64,000 nucleotides of DNA from positions 64,001-128,000 of IMG/VR virus record IMGVR_UViG_3300031993_000012. The stretch is one strand, 5' to 3'. Made by a program: the position numbers and the translations under genes. Numbering within the stretch: position 1 is the first letter of the stretch; every line of letters starts with the position of its first letter. The stretch comes from a virus. Taxonomy: Duplodnaviria > Caudoviricetes. Shown here piece by piece: positions 58,411 through 64,000 of this stretch. The notes below the pieces were generated by a model. The model saw only the letters and a program-made list of their open reading frames with translations, was not told the origin of the DNA and did no database searches.

Positions 58411-61182
58411 TTAACCGAAACTTCCTCTTTGTATTATATTTTTATCTTGTAAATTATCAACCTTTGCTGGCGTGAATGGTGTATCAATATCGAATACTCT
58501 GACATTGATATCGAATGGTGATCTGTTGAATCTCAATGCTGGTTTCATAGGCATATTGTTCATTTCAATTATAGGATAAACCAACAAAGTATCTTTATCA
58601 ATTATATATTTTTTGCCCCCTTCACCATGACCGGATGAAGTCCACATCTCAAGCTGATTAGGCTTAATTGTACTCAGTCCAGGTGAGAATTGCATTCGAT
58701 TCGCAGTTTTAGCTATGTTCTCAACAGTATATACGAGCTGTTCGCCATTGATGGTATCACCATTGTTTGTATTATTCTGTGGCTGTTGCTGTTGTTGATT
58801 ATTTTGTTGCTGCTGTTGCGGTGCTGGCTGTGGTTGACCGTTCTGAGCCTGCTGTTCAGGAATAGGATTCTGTTGCGGTGTTGGTTGTGGATTATTCTGA
58901 GTTGGTTGTGTTCCTCCAGTTGGAGCTGGTGCAGAACCATCACCTTGTCTGATTACACCTTTACTGAGAAGATCACCATGATCGTTGAATTTTGCTGGAG
59001 TTATAAGCGTTGAATTGTCTAAACCACCTTTTCCAACGACATCAAATAGCTGTGGGTTAAGTGTATTTACACGAACCTGATACGGTTCAGTTGTATATGG
59101 ATATACGTTACCTCCACTGTCAGATATAAGTGGACCATTAGTTGAAAACTCAAGTAATTGAGTACCAACATTCCATCTTCTACGTTTACCAGTCTTAGAC
59201 AAGTTATTCTTTATTAAATCAAACAACTGTGCACCTGTTATCGAACCAGCATTATTGGTTCCCACATTCTGTTGTTGAGTATTCTGTTGCGGTGTTGGTT
59301 GTGGATTATTCTGACTCTGTTGTTGCTGAGGTTGAGCGGTTTGTGTTGGATTCTGTTGAGGTTGTGTTTGCTGCGTTTGCTGCCGAGTTTGATCAGTTTG
59401 ACCACCACCATTATTAGCAGCACCATCCTTCTGAATAGAACCAGGTTGTGTGATCTTACCATTTGATACTTGTGCAGGTGTAATAACTGAAGCATCACTG
59501 ATAGTGAAACTACCACCAGAATAGTTGAATACATTATTATTGAATGCCATTGCTGCTATTTGATAAGGAGCTGTTACAAACGGATATACCAGACCAGTTG
59601 AAGGATCTGCAACATATCTACTACGATTATTACCTGGAACAAGCTGTTTATTTTGAGCATCCCAATCATAATATTGACCAGATGTGCTGAGCTTATTCTT
59701 CACCAAATCAAACAACTGCGTACCTGTTATCGGTGTAGCGGCGCCAGATGATGTTAAACCACCATTCTGATTCTGTTGAGGTTGTGCCTGTTTCGATTGC
59801 TGTTCAGGTGTGGGGTTTTGTTGTGGTGGATTTTGTGTACCATTTATATCATTCAATATATTCTGTGCTTCCGGTGATACTCTACGTCCATTCTGTTGTT
59901 GCTGTTGTTCAGGAGCGGGTTCATTAGTATTCTGACCGCCACCACCATTCTGGTTATCTCTCATCTGATCAACGAAAGAATCACTGAGCTGTTTAGCGGT
60001 ATCAGCATATCCTTTGTACCACTGCTCAACAATCTTCATTTTATCCTTACAGAACTTACGTTCATTTGCCGATGTATTACTGTCTTCGGACTTTTGTTTA
60101 TACCAATCAATTGCAGCACGTTTCTCTTTGATAACATTATTCCATATATCACTGAGATCATCATAGTTAGCTGCTTTCTTGATATCTTCAGTTGCTTTCT
60201 GGAAATATTCTGCTGGATCTGGCATTGGATCACCGATGATACCACCCTTTGGTGATTGTGATAGATTACCTTTATATGACTGAGTAACATTATTCGACGC
60301 TTGCTGTACTTTCTGTATTTGTGATTTACAATAGTCAGCTTCCTGTTTTGTCACGGGACCATTTTTCAATTTGTCTTTATAGAATCTAGTCAACTTGTCA
60401 TATGTTTCTACTGCTTTATCATATGCCTTTTGTGCGTCCTGTGGTGACTTGGCATTCTTTATAGTATCTATGATATTCTGGGTGTAACCCTTGAGATCTG
60501 AAATAGGTTCACCTTCAATACTAGAAACAGATGACGTCATTGAACTGATTAAATTACTCAAACGCTTTAAGATACCACCACCGGTTTTAAGCTTTTCTTT
60601 TTCTGCCTTAAGTTTATTCTGGTTAACTGCATCCTGTGCTTGACCAGCAACATTTTCCATTTGTTGAACATTGTTGCTGATTTGATCGATTGCTTGATTG
60701 ACTCTATTGGTGGCTTCTTGCAGATTGTCAATCGTCAATGATGAATTAGATTCAGCTGATCGTTCAGACAATTTCTGTTTAAACGCTTCTGCTTGTTCTG
60801 GAGTCATCTGAACTTTTCTGTTGACTTCCTCCATTATCTGAGCAATTCTCTCTGGTGTAAAAGTTACATTAGTCGCAGCATCGGAATATTCATTTGCAGC
60901 TTGGATGATTGTTTCTGCCGGTTTTACCATTGGGGGTGGAACCGGTGTTCGTTTTGGTACTTTATTGGTTTTACTTTTTATATTATCAACCATCTTACGA
61001 CACCATTCAATGAATCGTTGTATCAAGTTTCCATTGTTTGGTGAAGTTCGTTCAGGTGTTATTGTTGTAACACCAGCTTCCATGATTACCGTTTCAAACA
61101 TTATCTGTTTTTCATAATATTCCGATAATGCCATCAATACATTATATTCGGATTCAAGGATAATGTCTTGAATACTATTCAT
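58411..61182 (-). CDS. head/ejection-type protein with repeated domains and Q/N/P linkers
   Basis: IILESE and VIMEAG N-terminal motifs; two helical repeats and three ~100-aa repeats. Confidence 0.6.
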   Translation of the reverse strand: MNSIQDIILESEYNVLMALSEYYEKQIMFETVIMEAGVTTITPERTSPNNGNLIQRFIEWCRKMVDNIKSKTNKVPKRTPVPPPMVKPAETIIQAANEYSDAATNVTFTPERIAQIMEEVNRKVQMTPEQAEAFKQKLSERSAESNSSLTIDNLQEATNRVNQAIDQISNNVQQMENVAGQAQDAVNQNKLKAEKEKLKTGGGILKRLSNLISSMTSSVSSIEGEPISDLKGYTQNIIDTIKNAKSPQDAQKAYDKAVETYDKLTRFYKDKLKNGPVTKQEADYCKSQIQKVQQASNNVTQSYKGNLSQSPKGGIIGDPMPDPAEYFQKATEDIKKAANYDDLSDIWNNVIKEKRAAIDWYKQKSEDSNTSANERKFCKDKMKIVEQWYKGYADTAKQLSDSFVDQMRDNQNGGGGQNTNEPAPEQQQQQNGRRVSPEAQNILNDINGTQNPPQQNPTPEQQSKQAQPQQNQNGGLTSSGAATPITGTQLFDLVKNKLSTSGQYYDWDAQNKQLVPGNNRSRYVADPSTGLVYPFVTAPYQIAAMAFNNNVFNYSGGSFTISDASVITPAQVSNGKITQPGSIQKDGAANNGGGQTDQTRQQTQQTQPQQNPTQTAQPQQQQSQNNPQPTPQQNTQQQNVGTNNAGSITGAQLFDLIKNNLSKTGKRRRWNVGTQLLEFSTNGPLISDSGGNVYPYTTEPYQVRVNTLNPQLFDVVGKGGLDNSTLITPAKFNDHGDLLSKGVIRQGDGSAPAPTGGTQPTQNNPQPTPQQNPIPEQQAQNGQPQPAPQQQQQNNQQQQQPQNNTNNGDTINGEQLVYTVENIAKTANRMQFSPGLSTIKPNQLEMWTSSGHGEGGKKYIIDKDTLLVYPIIEMNNMPMKPALRFNRSPFDINVRVFDIDTPFTPAKVDNLQDKNIIQRGSFG

Positions 61183-61195
61183 TATACTTCACTCC

Positions 61196-61669
61196 TTATA
61201 TGTATATTTTCTTTGAATAAAGATTATTCAATTGATCATATGATATACCGATGATGACCTTATGAGTCTGTGACCCAATTGCAATACGTTCCGTACCAGT
61301 AATCTGTATGAGTAACGCAGGCTGAGATTCCAGTTCATCCATCATACAATCGATTGTTATACCAGTTAATGATATACGATTACATTGTTCTTCGATTTGT
61401 GCTTTAATGGTTTTTGGTACCATATGATCATCAGCATATTTATGTAAGTACGATTCAATATCAATTCCAAGTTCCGGTATTGATGGATACTGACCGGGTT
61501 TCATGAATAACAATGCTTGAACAATATTTACACACATTTCAAACGTTGATAATACTTTTGGTTTGTATGCGGTATCATAATCAAGTGCAACATCATATCC
61601 AAGAGTCTGTACGGATGATGGATATTTCTTATTGATTTCTTGGAGCGTGATTCCTACTTCGTCTAACAT
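61196..61669 (-). CDS. gp25/gpW-like baseplate protein
   Basis: LLFMKPGQYPSIPELGIDIESYL matches the gp25 T.PGER...P.FG motif. Confidence 0.7.
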   Translation of the reverse strand: MLDEVGITLQEINKKYPSSVQTLGYDVALDYDTAYKPKVLSTFEMCVNIVQALLFMKPGQYPSIPELGIDIESYLHKYADDHMVPKTIKAQIEEQCNRISLTGITIDCMMDELESQPALLIQITGTERIAIGSQTHKVIIGISYDQLNNLYSKKIYI

Positions 61670-61675
61670 GATTAA

Positions 61676-61957
61676 TCACCTCGCTTTTAATTGTTCACGT
61701 ATCATTTCACATATTACTGAAGTATCTTTACCGTTCATATGGAAATCATACAATTTCTCGATCAATAATGTCAATATGATTGATGTGGATTGCGTTGCAT
61801 TTGCAAATACCAATTCACTGGAAACTGACACATTCGATCGCATTATCGTTAATAAATATTCATCAGATTTATTTGAGATATCTCCTTTGGTGGATAATGT
61901 TATTATCTCAGGATATTTCTCAATAATCATTTTGATTGTTTTATGTGTTTTACTCAT
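61676..61957 (-). CDS. hypothetical protein
   Basis: fills the operon gap exactly; SD GGGGTG. Confidence 0.55.
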   Translation of the reverse strand: MSKTHKTIKMIIEKYPEIITLSTKGDISNKSDEYLLTIMRSNVSVSSELVFANATQSTSIILTLLIEKLYDFHMNGKDTSVICEMIREQLKAR

Positions 61958-61962
61958 ATGCA

Positions 61963-62718
61963 TCACCCCTGGTCAGGACGATTGTTCGGTGACTCAACAT
62001 ATTCATCATCGAATTCGTCGTAATTTTTATCCAGTATTTTGATGTAATGCATTCCGGTTCGTTTGCATTCATTTCTCATCATTTGGTCTTTACGTGCTTC
62101 GATATCACGGTTGTGTTCCATGAATGATGTATTGAAATTACCTTGTTTGATTTCAACATGAAGATTCAATGATGGAATAAAGAAATCTGGAATGTACAAA
62201 TGTTGTGAACCGTCTCCCCATTTATAATGGAAATCAACCGGTGATGGTGCAATGATATCATCTGGGCTCCAATCCATGTCTTTCAGATGATTCAGAAAAT
62301 CAACTTCGTAATTACCGATTACACGGAATTTATGTTTATCATCCCATACATAATCACGTGCATCAGCGTGATTTATCATCATCTTCCGTTGTTGTTCACC
62401 ATCATTCAATAAATGTTCTTTACCATAAACATTCACCATTCTTGATTTCATCATTTTAACATATGCTTCTTTGCATTTTGGATCATCACACAGTCGAGCA
62501 TATTTTAATGTATCATCATTGAATGCGACTTTACGTTTACGACACATCAAACATAAACGTCCCATTGGTTTATTGACAAATAATGAATATGCGAATTCAT
62601 ATCCATCATCACAATCTTCGGGAATTTGATTGTTATGTTTGTAAACCACATGGTCACAATATTTGTGTTTATCATTAAATGAACGATCGCAGAATAAACA
62701 TTTTACCTTACGACTCAT
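61963..62718 (-). CDS. zinc-finger PD-(D/E)xK nuclease (TnsA-N / head-completion-like)
   Basis: CLFC..H....H, CLMC..C....C, HLYIPDF...VEIKQ; start MSRKVKC after SD AAGGAGG. Confidence 0.7.
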   Translation of the reverse strand: MSRKVKCLFCDRSFNDKHKYCDHVVYKHNNQIPEDCDDGYEFAYSLFVNKPMGRLCLMCRKRKVAFNDDTLKYARLCDDPKCKEAYVKMMKSRMVNVYGKEHLLNDGEQQRKMMINHADARDYVWDDKHKFRVIGNYEVDFLNHLKDMDWSPDDIIAPSPVDFHYKWGDGSQHLYIPDFFIPSLNLHVEIKQGNFNTSFMEHNRDIEARKDQMMRNECKRTGMHYIKILDKNYDEFDDEYVESPNNRPDQG

Positions 62719-62760
62719 TTGTTTACCTCCTTTATAGTAGAATATTATAGTTTGGTCTTC

Positions 62761-62774
62761 AACCAATGTGTAAT
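62761..62774 (+). promoter_or_regulatory. late-type promoter motif
   Basis: AACC-AATGT-GTAAT. Confidence 0.55.
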
Positions 62775-62820
62775 CTATCATCATTGATAGAACTATACTA
62801 ACGAAAGTGGTGATACATCC

Positions 62821-63348
62821 ATGAGAGTAAATATCGTGGGTAAAGGTGTATGCCCTGTACTGGGAATAATACTGCCTGTGACTAATGTTGATGTAACCGA
62901 TGGAGTTCTGGAGACACTTATAAAGACACGTAATATCCGAGTATTTGACGTGATGACAGGTGTTCAAGTTACAACACGTAACTACAAGAATTTCCTCATG
63001 AGAAGAACTGTCGCTGCAGTTGCACAGACAGCCGCACCTATTGAACCAGTTAAGGTTCCCGCAACAAAGGTTGAAAAGAAGAAGAAGTCTACAAAGAAAC
63101 AGGTAGACGAGGTTCCTGCAACTGTAGAAGCTGTACCGGAAACTGTTCCTGAGGAAACTCCTTCTGAAACCGTTGAAACCACCAAGGAAACATACGAAAC
63201 TCCGGTGGTTGAAACTGTGCCTGAAGTATCGGAAGAATCAGTTGATACAACAGAAGAAACAACCGACGAAACATCAGATTCATCAACTGATACTGATACA
63301 ACGGAGTCAACCAACAATTACTCATCAAAGAAAAAGAAGAGAAAGTAA
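62821..63348 (+). CDS. protein with small N-domain and E/T-rich disordered tail
   Basis: 175 aa, own late motif and terminator. Confidence 0.7.
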   Translation: MRVNIVGKGVCPVLGIILPVTNVDVTDGVLETLIKTRNIRVFDVMTGVQVTTRNYKNFLMRRTVAAVAQTAAPIEPVKVPATKVEKKKKSTKKQVDEVPATVEAVPETVPEETPSETVETTKETYETPVVETVPEVSEESVDTTEETTDETSDSSTDTDTTESTNNYSSKKKKRK

Positions 63349-63351
63349 TAT

Positions 63352-63374
63352 GGAGGCGGGTATATCCCGCCTTC
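63352..63374 (+). terminator. intrinsic terminator
   Basis: ggaggcggg-tatat-cccgccttc then T-rich. Confidence 0.65.
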
Positions 63375-63393
63375 TACTTTTTATTGTTTGAAA

Positions 63394-63407
63394 AACCGAT
63401 TCGTAAT
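63394..63407 (+). promoter_or_regulatory. late-type promoter motif
   Basis: AACC-GATTC-GTAAT. Confidence 0.6.
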
Positions 63408-63431
63408 CTTATATTTAAAGGAGGTTACACA

Positions 63432-64000
63432 ATGGATTTCATTGATGAAAGTTATTTCGGTATAGATGAAGCAATGTCATTCATTCAAGAATCAAATGAT
63501 TCTACAATGAGATTACGTGCAGAAATCATTGAACCGATTATGAAAACATTGGATACCAAAAAAGGTTCTGATGAATATTTGAAATTCGGTACTGAATTCA
63601 TTGAAGCAAATGCGGATATGTTAGCACGTGAATTTCCAACAAAACGTGTTTCATTCCCAAAGAAATACGTTGATAATATTCTTGGTGTATTCGGATTTGA
63701 ATTGGAGTCGTTTAAGAAAACAATCAAATCTTTATGTGAAGATATTAATGGTAGTGATTTCAAAACAATCATTGCAACACCAACGAATATTATTCACGCA
63801 ATCGTTTTGTTTTATTCCGACATGACATTCAATCGTTATGTTCGTGATTCTGCACGTCAACAATTGGCATTAACCGTATATCATGTTATGTTCAATAAAT
63901 TTTATCATGGATTGCCTGATGAAAAAGTAATGGCTTACACGTATATGCATCTTAATAGAAACTGGGATATTGTTAAAGCCGAAGATATGATGACATGGAT
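63432..64000 (+). CDS. virion protein, truncated by window end
   Basis: SD AAGGAGG; MDFIDESYFGIDEAMSFIQES..., open to the window edge; carries the head cleavage motif. Confidence 0.7.
   Translation, partial: MDFIDESYFGIDEAMSFIQESNDSTMRLRAEIIEPIMKTLDTKKGSDEYLKFGTEFIEANADMLAREFPTKRVSFPKKYVDNILGVFGFELESFKKTIKSLCEDINGSDFKTIIATPTNIIHAIVLFYSDMTFNRYVRDSARQQLALTVYHVMFNKFYHGLPDEKVMAYTYMHLNRNWDIVKAEDMMTW

Noticed and set aside
58780-59900. CRISPR-like or satellite array of tgttgc/tgttgg repeats
   Set aside because: These encode Gln/Pro/Asn linkers in the 923-aa ORF; there is no repeat-spacer periodicity.
142-63825. Numerous 60-170 aa ORFs antisense or out of frame within long genes (e.g. 26584..27105, 27299..27811, 21707..22129, 63485..63772)
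   Set aside because: Shadow ORFs fully overlapping better-supported genes and without recognisable motifs.
1-64000. Alternative genetic code (TAG or TGA recoding) as in some jumbo phages
   Set aside because: Long genes are intact and tile the window under the standard code; TGA stops are common and one TAG stop (15470) abuts the next gene's start.
1-64000. tRNA or rRNA genes
   Set aside because: No cloverleaf or rRNA signature noticed in the short intergenic gaps; tRNAscan-SE was not run.

Overview
The window looks like part of a low-GC jumbo bacteriophage genome of the phiKZ/AR9(PBS1)-like type, probably infecting a Bacillota host (strong GGAGG/AAGGAG Shine-Dalgarno sites, SH3b/NlpC-type cell-wall domains). 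Most of it is virion morphogenesis, mainly on the minus strand: tail fibre, baseplate and receptor-binding genes (0.6-21 kb), a 2851-aa tape-measure/tail-lysin protein, a head module (major capsid protein, T4 gp21-like prohead protease, many head proteins with hydrophobic-X-E cleavage motifs), a split RNA polymerase beta C-terminal subunit, and a gp25-like baseplate protein. Two plus-strand islands of small early-type genes interrupt it (34.3-40.0 kb and 46.6-51.3 kb). Two phage promoter motifs can be read from the sequence: late-like AAC[C/G]-N5-GTAAT and early-like AYAYATATYATT-N4-TGRA. The most unusual element is absent from the ORF track. It is a ~200-nt cassette present twice, 17 kb apart, with a conserved 26-aa peptide ORF and a near-invariant 52-nt non-coding block, all enclosed by a long terminal stem whose sequence differs between copies. 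One copy leads an operon whose first gene is an orphan RelE-like toxin. All family assignments are by-eye motif recognition, not database searches.
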